This document shows, piece by piece, positions 41,521 to 55,560 of a DNA stretch of 64,000 bases. The number at the start of each line of letters is the position of its first letter. The first letter of the stretch is position 1. The stretch lies in assembly GCF_009914755.1 (NCBI RefSeq), contig NC_060930.1, one strand, 5' to 3'. The notes below the pieces were generated by a model. The model was not told the origin of the DNA and made no database searches. It was given only the letters and a program-made list of their open reading frames with translations. The DNA is from the human T2T-CHM13v2.0 reference genome, Homo sapiens. Made by a program: the position numbers and the translations under genes.

Positions 41521-44207
41521 ACCAGGCTTTTTTCTAGCCTAGCCTCAAGAACAGATGTGCTTCTAAATCAAGCCTGTCTCACCAGTGCTAATATTTAGTA
41601 GTGGTCAAGTTTGTTGGAGAGCTCATCTGTAACTTGAGCCAACCATTTATTACCTTAAGGCCATAGTATGGACTAGATTAATAAACTAGAGAGAGGATCT
41701 CGACATTTGGTATATCCTGTTCTGTAACCACAACCCCAGGTGGGACAGGATGAAGGAAGTAGGAGATCAAGAAGATGCTGTAAGCTTGCGCTATGGAAGG
41801 CAATAGTAATGAACTGTTTAATATATTACCTAGTAGAGAAAACTAATTTCTTTCTAGATTTGATACTGAGTCCAAATGCAAAGTTCAGCTAAAAAAAAAA
41901 CCCTTGATTTTATCACAGGAAGTATGTCTAAGTGTGACCCCTCATAATGGTTCTTGAGGTTCTTGAAAATATGGTACCACAACCTTTGAGATGCTGACCT
42001 TGATGTTACATTGACTGCCTTATTGGCACCAACCTCTGTTTGATAATCTACCAACAGATGGTCAGGGTATCTTGATATGCTTTCTAGTCCCTTCCCTATT
42101 CGTGCATCATTTGACAGGATACTTCTGAGACAGCAAAATTTAGCTGAAGATGTTCTGGTTCATTGTTTCCAGCAATGGTTTTGGCTTTATCTAGAATTCC
42201 TTGATTAAAATTTATATGTGACTCCAATCTTATTCAACCTTACTGTGACATAACAAAGATGTGACAGTTCTGTAGAGTTTCATGATCTATTGTCGTCTTC
42301 TGTAGTGTGCATTTCCAGGGTGCTGTCTTGCTGTCACTTGTAAACAGAAATATGTTGAGAGTCGATTTTAAAATGTTTTAAAGTTTAGCTACATTTTGAA
42401 TTGAACGTATACAATTAAATAGTTCTTTAATAGTAGAACAATGAATTTCTGGCTGATATAAAGTTATTACCAAGTTCACCACTATTTATTTATAGATAAA
42501 TGTTGGCATATGGATTTTTATTACACTTTTAATGGTAGTAAATTATTCTCCTCATACTTGGAGTAGTTCCACAGTAACATGTAAGAATTAATGGAGAGTT
42601 CAAAGCCAAAAACCATTTGGGGTTAACATTTATAATGAATCATTTGGCAGAATTCTGTATGTACATGATTTCAGAGCCCTTGTAAAAATATCAAAAAAAT
42701 AATTTGACAATACAGATTATAAAGGATGGAATTTCACATCATTTGTTCTGAGAATTCTATTATTTTTTACCTTGATGAAATATCAGAAATTTGAACTCAA
42801 TTATTTGTACAGAGATGATTGCCACAAAAGTATATCTAAAGACAGAAGTGGAAAGTATTTTGATTATGGAGCATTCAAATAAACGATGACATAATAACAT
42901 GATGAATATTATGTCAGATATATAATGTTCCTAAAATATTAATAAATGAAATAGTATGTATAAATTCAAGTATGTATATGCGATTGTATGTGTGGGAAAA
43001 TATAACAAATTATCAACAATGTGTCTTTGATTAGAGAGTACAGGTGACTTTTTGTTGTTGTTATTGTTGTTGGATTTTTGCCAGTTTTCTACAGTGACGT
43101 ATAAAATGTAATGAGAAAAAAAAATCCATGGGGTTTTAGAAAATAAAGCATAAAAATATTTTAGTTGGCTATTCTGCACCATTAATAGTGTGGCAAATAC
43201 AAGATTTTGAGTCTAAATGATAGTTAGATTGATGTACCTAGAAAAATCTTGAGTTTTACTTGCTTATCGACAAGCTTTATTATGATATTCTGAAAACCCA
43301 GAAAGACATCTTCACTTATGTGATATTTAGGAATTTAAAAATTGAAAGAGTAAATATTTCTCGTTTTTGAAGATCCCATAAGAATTAGGCAATACTCCCA
43401 GTGATTGAATCAACCTATTATCTCTATATCTTCTGAATTTGAAAGGCACCTGTGCCAGAATAACAAAAACGAAATTAAACAAACATACAACATTGACTAA
43501 ATCAATAAAAGCCACACAGAGGAAATTACTATTTCCCATTAAGTATTAGATATGATAACAACAGCAGGCATGATAGCAACTTATATAAAGATTTACATTT
43601 TGTAAAACATCTACAAACAGAAGACAGTTGAATGACAAATTTATTCTAATCACATTTGCTTCAAAGAGGATTTTGCTCCATGTAAGATACTGATGCATGC
43701 TGAGAAATGTTTATTAACATTATATTTCTTTATTTTACAGGTCAGGCAATCATTTCATTTCTATATTTTTGTATAAGGTATGGAAGTACTTCATTTTTAT
43801 TATTTAATTGTTTACTAAGGTCTATTGTGTCCATGTCTTGTTTTAACCTCTTTATTGCTTTGTCCGATTTTCACTTCAGCGAATTCCTCAGTGAAACCCA
43901 AAAGCTTAAGTAACACTAGGGAAGAATAATTTATAACTCTGATGGCGGATAAGTCGTAAGTCTTTGTTCCTTATGAAATTATTTTTAAAAACTAAGAAAA
44001 AAATAAGCCAAAGTTTCAACGTCATTTCTGTTTTTAGGTATTTTCAATACTAAACCTTAGTATTTAAGTTGTTAAAGAAAAAAAATCCTAGAAGTTTTTA
44101 AAAGTAAAATAAATAAATTGTGTTGCACTTGAAAGTTTGACCTAAAATGATTTTTCTAATTAAAAACTAATTTTGTAACTGAACACTATTTGCAGTTTAT
44201 ACTTTGG

Positions 44208-44527
44208 GGGCCTGGCATGGCGGCTCACCACCTGTAATTCCAAAGCTTTGGGAGGCTGTGGTGGGAGGATCACTTGAAGCCAGAAGTCTAAGACCAGCCT
44301 GGGTAACATAGCAAGACCACATCTCTACAAAACAAAAACAAAAACAAAAACACAAAAAAATTAGCCAGGCATGGTAGTATATCTGTAGTTCCAGCTACTC
44401 TGGAGGATCTCTTGAGGCCAGGTGCTGAAGGCTACAGTGAGTCATGATCATGCCACTGTACTCCAGCCTGGGTGACAGAGCAAGATACCATCTCATAAAT
44501 AAACAAAAACAAAAAACAAGAACAAAA
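44208..44527 (+). mobile_element. AluJ with (CAAAAA)n linker and tail
   Basis: GGCCTGGCATGGCGGCTCAC...; short internal deletion in the right arm. Confidence 0.9.
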
Positions 44528-44808
44528 CACTGTACTGTGTCACAATAATTTAGGGTTTATTCTGATTCATTAGTCAATAGAATTTCAATGTCATTGACAC
44601 CATCAAAGAGGCTTATGACACAATAATGATTCACGCAAAAATCCAATAACAGAAACACTTTTTCTCTGATGAAGTATTTTTTTCTATTATAGATTTCTGA
44701 AGTTATTTCTTTCTAAGTTATACAATTGTAGCAATTTATAGCCTAAACCAATTAAATTTAATAAAAATAAAGCCAACAAGTTAATTAAAAGATTTTTATC
44801 AGTGGAAG

Positions 44809-45165
44809 TGATACAGTGGTAAAAGCATTCATATATTGAAGCCCTAACCTCCTATGACTGTGTTTGGAAGTGGAAGGTCTGTGAGGAGGTGATAAAGGTT
44901 AAATGAGATTATGAGGATGGGGCCTAATTTAGTAGGTCTGGGACACTTATAAAAGAGGAAGAGACACCCCCCTCTCTATGTCATGTGTGGACGCAGCAAG
45001 AAAGTGACCATCTGTAAGCCAGGAAGACAGTCCACGTTAGAAATTGCATAAGCAAGAACCTTGATCTTGGACTTACAGAGTTCAGAATTGTGAGAAAATA
45101 AATGTCTGTTGTTTAAGCCACCCCGTCAATGGTGTTTTGCTATGGTAGTTTGTGTAAACTAAAAC
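44809..45165 (+). mobile_element. MLT1A/B-type MaLR LTR
   Basis: TTGAAGCCCTAACC...AAGGTTAAATGAG...TGTGAGAAAATAAATGTCTGTTGTTTAAGCCACC. Confidence 0.8.
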
Positions 45166-46484
45166 CTCCATTTTCCAAATCTATACATGTGGTGAATAGA
45201 ATATGGTAGTTTTGATCTAAGTGGGGGAAATGATACATGCTTTATGTTTTTTTAATTTTTCTTATGTGAGGAATTTACAGGCTACTCCAGAATTGTCTTA
45301 CTCTCACTGTCACTGTCTAGTTCATTGTAGTGGATTTATCACTTGCTGTCTTTTCTCAATTTGCCTATTTTTAAAAATGTTTTTAGGACCACCTTTAGCT
45401 TAATTACCTTTTAAATCCAACTTTATGTTTCAAATATTTATCCCAGCTCACAAACTTTTGTCTAATTCAGATTTTTACCTCTGTGATGAGACACAAAATT
45501 GTCTAATCTAAGCTGCTGAAACCGTAAGAATTCACATTAAATTGTATTTCATGAATACTACATTGTAGATTGGAAACCTACAGAGAGTTCCTGACTTCCA
45601 AGTGTCATCCAAGTGTCTGTTTTCACTAACAGGAACCTCTCCAGTAACTACTAATTAATTATACAAACACGTATTAAGTAACTTTATGTGTTAGATCCTC
45701 TCACAGGTAAGAGCATCATAGAGGATACCTTCCACACCCCTCACCCCTACTCCACCATGAACTAGTGGTCTAAGTGGAGGATATCAACAAATAGACTATT
45801 ACAGTTCAGTGGGATAAATAAATGATAGAGTTATAAAATTTTTGCTATTTTAAGTGAAATGCATCTGGGTAGCAATAAATCTCTTTGGGGCAGAGTCTGC
45901 AAAGTGTGACACTGGCTTTATTTTCTCATACTGGACACCAGAATCTTGATATTAAGTAGTCTGAGAGAGTGAACCCTGATTGTAGAGGTTAGGGGGTTTT
46001 TGTTTGTTTATGTGAACATTTGTCTTTTTCCTTAGGGCTTTGTAAAGATGGCAAAATGATTTGTTGGCAATAAGTGAGCACACACTATGTAATGACAACT
46101 ATTTTACAGTCTCCTATATGTGTAAAGTATATATCCACAGACAACAAACTGTGAAGGATATACAGTGGGTTCTGATATCAGTGTCTTCTCTCTCACTAAG
46201 GAACAGACAATGACTCTCAACCAATGCAGCTACAAAGACAAAAGATGCCCTTCAATGCATCCCACATGGCCCCTCCCCATGCCATCTGCCTTGTCATGTG
46301 CATACCCGTGCTGAGATAAGACCTCTATAGGCCTAAGGCACAGATAAATTGTTGACACCCACCCCCTTGTCTATTCAAACACTACGTAATTCAAAATCCA
46401 AATAATGATAATTTCTAAAAGCAGAGTTAAGGAAATTTCAACATGACCTCATTTTTTTTTCTCCTGATCACTACAGCAATGTGT

Positions 46485-47125
46485 TTTTTAACAGCATTAT
46501 TTAGGTAAGATGAACATACCGTAAAATATATCCATTGGGATTGTACGATTCAGTGGTTTTTAGTAAATTCATGCAGCTATGAAGCCATCACTACAATCCA
46601 GTTGCAGAAAATACCATCTTCTCTGAAAGCTCCCTCAGGCCCGTTTGCATCAATCCCTTCTACCATTCCACCAATCCCATCCCTGGTCAATTACTGATCA
46701 GTTTTCTGTCTCTAAAGATTTACCTTTTTCAGAATTTTATATAAATAGAATCATGAAGTGTATGGCTATTAGTGTCTGTTAATGTAGTTTTTGCCTTTGT
46801 GTTTTGAAATAATTACAGATTCACAGAAAGTTGCACAAGCGTAACAATGAGGTCTCATTTATACTTCACCCTATCTCTCCTAATGGCGACATCTTATGTA
46901 ACTATAGTAACAATATCAAAATCAGGTATTTGCATTGGTACAATGTGTGTATATAGTTCTATGTCATTTTATTACATGTGTTGGATAACATGCATAGATT
47001 TGTATTACATGTGTAGACTTTGTCATTTTGAGAATGTTATGTGAATGAAATCATGCAATAAATGACTTTTTAAATTTAATTATTTGCAGTTTGTTGTACA
47101 TCAATTATACCTCAAAATATATTAA
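46485..47125. mobile_element. Old L1M 3'UTR fragments (mostly minus strand)
   Basis: TACTGATCAGTTTTCTGTCTCTAAAGATTTACCTTTTTCAGAATTTTATATAAATAGAATCAT; AGATTCACAGAAAGTTGCA. Confidence 0.65.
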
Positions 47126-47934
47126 AATAGTGGTAGGCAGTGCACTTATTGACTCAAATCAAAGGAACCTTTCTCTACACCTTTGAGGCAAGAGTGATCA
47201 TCTAGACATAAAATCTCTTTCATCCCAGCTCTTTTTAAAACAAAGTTGACACATTCTGCTAATGTCAATACAATCCATAAGCAAATCAAGGAAAGAAAAT
47301 AACTTTTTATAAAAATTGTGATGATAACCCTGTAAGTCAGCTTGAGAGTGAATGCATTCCTATTTGCTGGAATGCAACATTTCAGCTCCTCGTGGGGGCT
47401 GCCCAGTTCATTGGAAAACTGTCAGGTGAACAAAGCTGATGGCACACAAAATTTCATTCCCACTTTTCCCTCTTGTCAATGGGTAAAAGGGCAGTTATAA
47501 TAATGACACAATAGCAGATCATTCCATTACCTTTTCCAGCAGAGCTAGTTGTTTTGATTTCTCTAAAGTGTTTATGGAAGTGTGTGTCTTTGTATAGACA
47601 TTTAGTGATTGCTCTAGATATTACATTAGAGATACACGACTTATCACGGTTAACTAGTGTCATCATTTTACCAGTTTAAATAAAGTGTAAAAACCATGCA
47701 TTCCTTTCAATCCCTTTACTCCTCTTCATTTAGAAAATAGTTCTCTTACATATTAGCTCTAAACACACTGAGAAAAACATCAAACAATGACATAATTTTC
47801 AGGATTGTTAGCCTCTTCAGTACCCAGTCAGGGATATAAGAAACAACTAAAACCCTCAGAACTTACTGCTTGGTACTTCTTTGGGTCCTGAAGTCTCTAG
47901 CCAGTCTTCCTTCTTCCTAAAGCCTTTCAAAGTG

Positions 47935-48241
47935 TCTCTCTCTCTGTCTCTTTCTCTCTCTCTATATATATAATAATATATATCTATAACTATAGCTATA
48001 TCTGTTATAATAATATATATTACATACTATATAGTATATATAATTCTTTATATAGGTATATATAAAATTTTATGTATAAAATTATATATTATATATAATT
48101 CTTTATATAGGTATATATAAAATTTTATGTATAAAATTATATATTATATATAATTCTTTATATACATATATACAATTTATATGTATGTCTATATAAAATA
48201 TATATGTATATATATAATTTTATATATGTGTGTGTATATAT
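47935..48241. repeat. (TC)n then TA-rich low-complexity tract with a 55-bp tandem unit (about 2.4 copies)
   Basis: ATAATTCTTTATATAGGTATATATAAAATTTTATG... recurs with period 55 (GG at 48055 and 48110). Confidence 0.9.
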
Positions 48242-50785
48242 GCCTATTCATCTTGTCCCCTCATTCCTTTTTAATTGTTTTATGTGTTTTTATTTTCTCT
48301 TTATCACTAGATTGCTACAGAATCATGGGATTTGCAGGCAGGGGGGTAAAATTCTGCCAATGCCTTTTAAAAATACCGCAGAATCTTTAAAAATATAGTT
48401 GTTTGTTGGTATCCAAGAAGGTGTTCAGTCTATTGTTTAACTTTACACTGGGCTTCCCCGTGTATATGGCTCTCGCTTATGACTATAGGGCTTAGTGTTT
48501 GTTCATGTGTTCTTTGTTCATTTGCTTAACATACAGCCTTTACATACTGAGACTACAGTGCCTTATTACTGTGGAAATCTTTACTCCTTTGGAATAGACT
48601 CTTCAAAATGTTGTGAGTCATTGTGTGAAGCTACACCTTTATGACTTTCTAATCTTCTTCCTCTCTCTTTGTGTGTTCACTTTGGCACTTTGGATACTTC
48701 CCCAGGAAAAGTGTTATCTTGTACTGTATCTGCATAAATACACCTTATTTTTTTCTCCCTCAGCTGCTGCCCTTGGAGGTTCATCACACACATAGCCAAC
48801 TCCACCTGCCAGTCCCTCAACCTTTCATCTTTTTCCCCTAGAATCAACTCCTTTCCAACATCTGCCATTTGCCAAGAACACCACTGGACCAGCTCCAATT
48901 TGGAATTCATTCCGTCCTCATGCCCCCTGCCTTCCACGTGATGACTTTCCACTGAAACCTCTCCCAGTCCTCCCCTCTCCTTTTCCTACCTCATATTCTT
49001 TATGCCAGTAAAGAGAAAATTGTTAGGAAGTTTTTCATCCTTGAGGAAGTTAAACTTTCCTGATGCTGCATTTTGTATATGCCTTTTCCCACAGAAGAAC
49101 TCATCAGAAGCAATGATCTTGTTATTCCAACCCAAATTCCTAAGTGGATTTTATAGGGACATTGATAAATACCCAGCTTATGATATATAATACTCTTCAT
49201 ATTATATCTGGAACAACTGTTTCTTCCTTTTTTCTTTTTTCATCAGGCTTATGTGAACTAGTTTCAAATTTAATGGCTATTGATGTCAATTGTATTAAAA
49301 TACACTCTGAATTTTGAAAAACTGACTTTAAAAGAACTACCAGAGCCTAACTAATTTGTAAGTTTTAGACAATTTAATTAATAATATGGTTGATTATTTG
49401 GTTATTAAATTGAAATGTTGAGGTTAGTAAAGCACAACTTTTCTAAAAATAATGACATACAATTTAGAGATGAGCAAATGCAATTGCATATTCTAAAAAG
49501 AGGATTTCAAGGCACCAGCTGCTTACCCGCACCACTCCAATAGGAATACACTAATATTTGACTATCTTAAGTGGGCTAGTGATCAGCTTATTGAAAAATT
49601 CTAATTAATTCTAAGTTTTCATTTCTTATTCATACAATCATAGCAAATAAACTCTAACTGCAGTTATTAACATAGATTATGAAAAAGCATTTAAAAGAAT
49701 ATATCTAAATCTCATAAAACACATGGCTTATTATTACATGCAATCAATTATATTTAAAATAAATACTTGTCTCCTACAAGCAACTATTTAAACAAAACCT
49801 GCTATGACTAAGTTGGCCAACAGGGTAGTTATTCATCCTGCCTTGCAACATCCATGTTACAAAAAGTCTCCACTGTGGTTTTATTTAAAGATCACCTTTC
49901 AAAAGCCTATCACAAAATAAAATAGTTTAAGGTAACTTTGGCTTCAGTTTTTGTTTTATATTTGTGTTTTGTATATAATGCTCATGTTCTTCAGTGATAG
50001 AATTGTAATTTTCTTATTTGACATGCACTATCTCACCTGCTGCTTCAGGTAATTACATAGTAGAACTCCTGAAATCCCTTGACCCCTTATTAGGATGTAC
50101 ATTCTCTTCCACCCATCAGTCACCAAGTGTTTGCTACCTGTGGAGTCTTGATGACATAGCTCAGTTCTGCATGTCAAATAGTCACTTTAGTCCAATTAAA
50201 TTCTCATTGCATGGCATTTTGGATTGCTGATGAAAGCTAGAAGAAGTGATGCTTCTACTCTGGGGTTTAATAGTGTGGCTTTTTGACACAAAGTAAAGAT
50301 AAGTATTCCAAAGTTGTGCTGCATGGCTATTTTCTCTCTTAAAAAATAATCATCTGACAGTGCAATATTTTCCTGTCTCAAACACCGTAATAAATAGGAA
50401 TTTGACCACCGTGGTTAATATAGTGGCTCCATGGACTGAGATACTGATGTTTTATTATTGACTTCTCACCAGGAATTAGACCTGCCAGGCTATTTCACTG
50501 ATTAAAATCTTGATTAATCACCTGTTAACGTTGTCAGATTTTACTCACTATGACAAGGGGCACTATCCATGAAGAATAGGTGAACAAAATGCTAAAGAAA
50601 ATGCCATTTATAGCCAATCAGATTTTTATCTACCTCCCATTCCAAGTATTAAATTATTTTTCATCCAATTTTTTTGGGAAAATAATTCCATAGGCACTAT
50701 GAAAGAAAAAAATGACCTTTTGTATTTAAATTCAATGGATTTACCCAATCAGTTGGTAATTTTACGTTGTGATATCAAGTAATGA

Positions 50786-51124
<339 letters not shown>

Positions 51125-52769
51125 GGAGCAGTGTCTTGATATACAAAATAGACTTAACCAATAAATTATTTCAAGTAAAGATAGTCAAGATACAGTTAAT
51201 GATTAAACAGCAGCTACAAATGGTGGGAAAACAGCTATATCTTATTGGTTATCGTTATTAGAGTGGCAGTACTGTTTGCTTGTAAATGAGCAAGTTAGGG
51301 AGAGTCGTTGGGTGATTCAGCACTGTGCTGTGAGGCTCAGGAGTGACCTACAGAGAGGGAAGGTTTCACAACCTTAAATTCACACCTTATTTCCAAATCA
51401 AGCCTCAGCTCTTTTATTCTCAGCTTTGTGCCTCCCTCAAACCCCAACCTGACATTGTTTCTAAGAGACATTCACACAATCATATCAAGCACTATCACTT
51501 TGTCCTTCGTCTTCAAGGAACTCATCTTTTTTCCTGCTAAGTAGCTTCCTGTTGGGCATACTCTTCCCCCCGTACAATATCTGCTTTACAGATGTCACAT
51601 CTATCACTAGTAACAGTGGCCCTTTATGAATCTAAATGTCATTCTGGATTGTCTAGATCCTTATCTATTTGAGTTATGTTATTGTAGAAATCATACAAAT
51701 CTACACAAATCAGTCAAAATATGTAATATTTATGGATAATTTATATACAGATATTTACAAAATCACTTGCAATATTGTATATCACAGTCAATTTTAAGAA
51801 AATACAATATTTTTTCCAATATTGTTTTCTGTGTATTATATTGGCAGTCATGGCCAAAGGCTGTTATTAAGGTTACAATTTCAGCTCTGTCTCTGGATTC
51901 TTAACTCTTGGTTGTGTGAACGAATATACACTTGAACTTATTTTATATTGTCTTTTATAATCCCTTCTCCCAAAAGGGGTGGAAATTAGGGTGGAATGGA
52001 GACTTCCCAGGTGGAAGTTGTGCCTGTCACATAGTCAACCAGAAGGGAGTCACTTCAGAGTGATAAAGAGGAGAAGATATGTACTTGGCTCAACAGGAAC
52101 CTAGGGACAGGGGAGGAACAGGTCTTTCTTTAGCAGTTCCGAAAAGGAGTAGCAGCAGAGTTCTCTCTGCCTCAGAGAAAGGACTCACCATTTCCTCTTA
52201 TGACGCTGGTCAGTTGTCACTAGATTTACCTGGTTGTTTCACTCTTTACTCCATACCAACCACTGGAATTCAAACCAAGGATTAGATCATCAAAGCAACA
52301 TTATTTATATTCCTTAGGCACTCAGGCTTCACTAATTTGTTCAAGGGATCTTATAAAGGAATCTCATTAAACAGTTCAAAATATGCTGCATTAAACGCCC
52401 ACCAATCAAGAAAGATTTTCCTAGTATTTCATGCCCATTCTTTTGGACCATCAAAGACCATTAATATATAAAGAATATTAAGAAAATCAGTCCATGCTCT
52501 AGTTACTTCTCTATGGCAAAGGATTCATATTGTAATGGTTTTACTGAAAAGAGTAGGTCTTCAAGTTTTTCCGAATATTAAGGGAAAGGGAACTTGTAGT
52601 AACAGGGAAATCATATTCCATCCAGGCAACTTCAGCCTTCTATTGATACCCAAAATGTGGTTCACAGATAGTCCCAGGTGCTGCTCTGTTATCACAACAA
52701 GGGAGGAAAGAAAGGACAGAACCATGCAAGCAGAGGAAAAGTAAGGAAATGAGAATGAAAACCTCTACT

Positions 52770-52920
52770 GTAGCTAGGCTTGGTGGTACATGCCTATAGT
52801 CCCAGCTACTTGGGAGGCTGAGGTGGGAGGATAGCTTGAGTCCTGGAGGTTGAGGCTGCAGTGAGCTGATAGGGCTACTACACTCCAGCCTGTGTGATGG
52901 GGTGAGACTATATCTTAGAA
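52770..52920 (+). mobile_element. Alu monomer or right arm (FRAM/AluJ-like)
   Basis: GGTGGTACATGCCTATAGTCCCAGCTACTTGGGAGGCTGAGG...CACTCCAGCCTG. Confidence 0.85.
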
Positions 52921-53208
52921 AAGAAAGGGGAAGGAAGGAAGAAAAGAAGGAAGAAAAGAAGGAAGGAAGGAAGGGAAAGAAGGAAAGAAAGAGAAAGAAA
53001 GAAAGAAGGAAAGAAAGAAAGAAAGAAGAAAAGAAAGAAAGAGAAAGAAAGGAGAAAAAGGAAGGAAAGGAAAGGAAAGGAAAAGAAGCAGAAGAAGCAG
53101 AAGAAGAGGAAGAAGAAGAAGAACAAGAACAAGAAGAAGAACAAGAAGTAGAGGAAGAGGAAGAGGAAGAAAATGATGGAGGGAAGGAAGGAAGGAAGGT
53201 AGGAAAAA
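52917..53208 (+). repeat. About 290-bp polypurine (GAAA/GGAA/GAA) tract grown from the Alu tail
   Basis: Direct read; nearly pure A/G. Confidence 0.95.
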
Positions 53209-54804
53209 TAAGCAAAGCTCAGCTCTACTGGCTATATGTTTTGTGACCATCATATGTTTATTCTTCTTTTATTTACCTGGCTGATAAGCCAGCACAAAAA
53301 GAGATTTCAAATTAGGAGTTATTTCGGTTTTGAGGCTGTGGGCATCACAGAAGTTATTATATATTGTAATATGAATTATTTTGAAGAAGAATACTCATTT
53401 AGATGCATTAGTTATACTGTGCTTGATAAGAAAATTCGTTTCATTGTGTTGTAATAACAAATAGTACATCATTAAAATTAACTTAAAAACAAAAACACAT
53501 ACACAAAATCAGTAAGAGTTTCAATACACTCTATTCAATCAATAGTTTTAACAGAGATGAAAAAACTTAACTTTTAGAAATGCAAGATGAGCACATTCAA
53601 TAAACAATACCAAGTAGAAAGCACATATTTGGCAAAGTGAAAGATTTCAAGAATGTTGCACTCAGCACAGGGTCCTGGGGTTATGGCATAGCAGCATGCA
53701 CTCTGGTTTAGAAGGACAGGTCTAGGACAGATTCCTATTCTGCTTAGATATATAATACCTAATTCTCTTTTCTGAATCTAACTACCCTGTCACCCCTTTA
53801 GAAATATTAATGTGATCCATATTTCAGCTTACAGCACATACAAAACTTACCCTTCATGTTAATAACATACGGGGAAAAAAGAGAATATTAAAGACAGGTC
53901 ATGCACTAGAAAGGTGTGTGAAACAGTCAAGCTGCTTATTCAGTAATTGAAAACTTGAAAACTGTAACAATAGGGAATTTTTTGGCCTTTAACATCATTG
54001 AAAATGTCACAATAAGTCCTCATGATGCAATTTAAAAATAGAAGTTCATGTGTGTTTTCAGTCTCTGTCTGATGGACTCCAACCATTCTATAGAACAAGA
54101 CAACCCATTGGGGAAAATCCATTCGGTGCCTTTCATGTAATATATAGAAGTGTGGGTCCAAAAATACCTTGTCTTAACCACTTCCTGTTGCTGACACAAT
54201 GGTTTCTAGCGGAGAGGCAAGGTGATCCTAGATTCTGTCATAAAACTTAAATAAAACAATTCATAAATTGTTACTTTCAGCACCCCAAACTGAATGTGCT
54301 ATGCAATTTCAGTTGGTTAACCAGACACTCTATACATACTGTATGTAAAAGTAGATGCAAAGGGTGCTGTCCTATCGGTGCTAATATTTACAATCAATTG
54401 AGAGGACGTAGTACCTTAGTAAATGAGAGTTTAGGAATAAAAACTATTGTCAATTTGATTTTCCTTTGATTGAGTACATGGATAGGCTAGTTGGATGGCC
54501 AGGGTCTAAAATGAATGCCATTTTTTAATATCTTTACTAAAAATTTACTTTGGAAAGTGTATGTTTATGTACTTAGTTATTTAAAACGCTATTGTGTAGA
54601 AAAGGGAAGTTCTAGTTCAATCCTGCTCCTACTTCAAAATTTACAGCAAAAAAAATTAACTTATAAAGTGTTAGATCCGGGAATAACTAAAGATGCAACT
54701 TCCTCACAAATCAAACTATTAATATTAACAATAGGAATGTGAATTCATATTAATGTTTGTAATTTATATTATCAAGCATTTTCCAGTAGAAAAATTATTG
54801 CATA

Positions 54805-54975
54805 CTTAGGAGTCAGAGAACCCTGTGTTCTAATTCTAGTTCTCCTACTTATCATCTGAACTTCTTAACTCTTAAAATGGGGATAATGATTATTTTTACC
54901 TTGAAGTGTTTTGTAAAAAAGTGTATGAGCTATCCGTAAAGCATTTAACATTCTGCCTGGGTCTCAGTGCTTGCT
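54805..54975 (+). mobile_element. MIR fragment
   Basis: GGAGTCAGAG...TGTTCTAATTCTAGTTCT...TAAAATGGGGATAAT...GTAAAGCATTTAACA. Confidence 0.65.
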
Positions 54976-55429
54976 ACCGCCACACGAACATAGCACTTAT
55001 ACTATATTATCATCTACTTGGGAGACATAGCTGATACTAATAACATCAAAGATTTTAGTTTAAATAAAATAGGGATTAGGACTGGCCATAAAAATGGAGC
55101 GATACCATCAAGGGATTTCCTGATTAACTTCTATTAAGATAGATAGGGATTCCAATATGGCATGGTGTAAAATATGCTAAAGCAATGGCTAACCAGTGAA
55201 GAGAAGGTATACCTCTCTACTTTCCCATCAGAATGGAAACAAAAAATTGGTACTATTTTTCTCTATGTCTCTATGTCTGTCTTATTAACATCAAAGAGTG
55301 CAATGAAACTGAAACATTATTGTGACATCACCCTGGGTGGACAATTAACTCCACTGGCAACTTGAAAAGGAAAACATTACCAAATATATCATGGTTTCAG
55401 TGTCATGGTCTTGCCTCCAGAATTGAAGA

Positions 55430-55560
55430 AATCATTTAGTACAAATACCTCGTTTGAGAGATGAGGAACCTAAGGTCCTTAGAGAGCATGTAACTGGCCC
55501 AGAATAATACAGCTGGCTCATGGCAGACCTGGTGCCCAAGCCAATGCTTTGTCTTACAAC
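55430..55560 (-). mobile_element. MIR fragment
   Basis: AGATGAGGAACCTAAGG...TAACTGGCCCAGAATAATACAGCT. Confidence 0.55.

Noticed and set aside
43741-43777. Possible 37-nt exon (TTTTACAG|...AAG|GTATGG)
   Set aside because: The body is U-rich and intron-like. Such sites are frequent by chance in AT-rich DNA.
52640-53253. Several 78-191 aa ORFs rich in K/E/R or S/F/L
   Set aside because: These are artefacts of a stop-free low-complexity purine tract plus Alu sequence.
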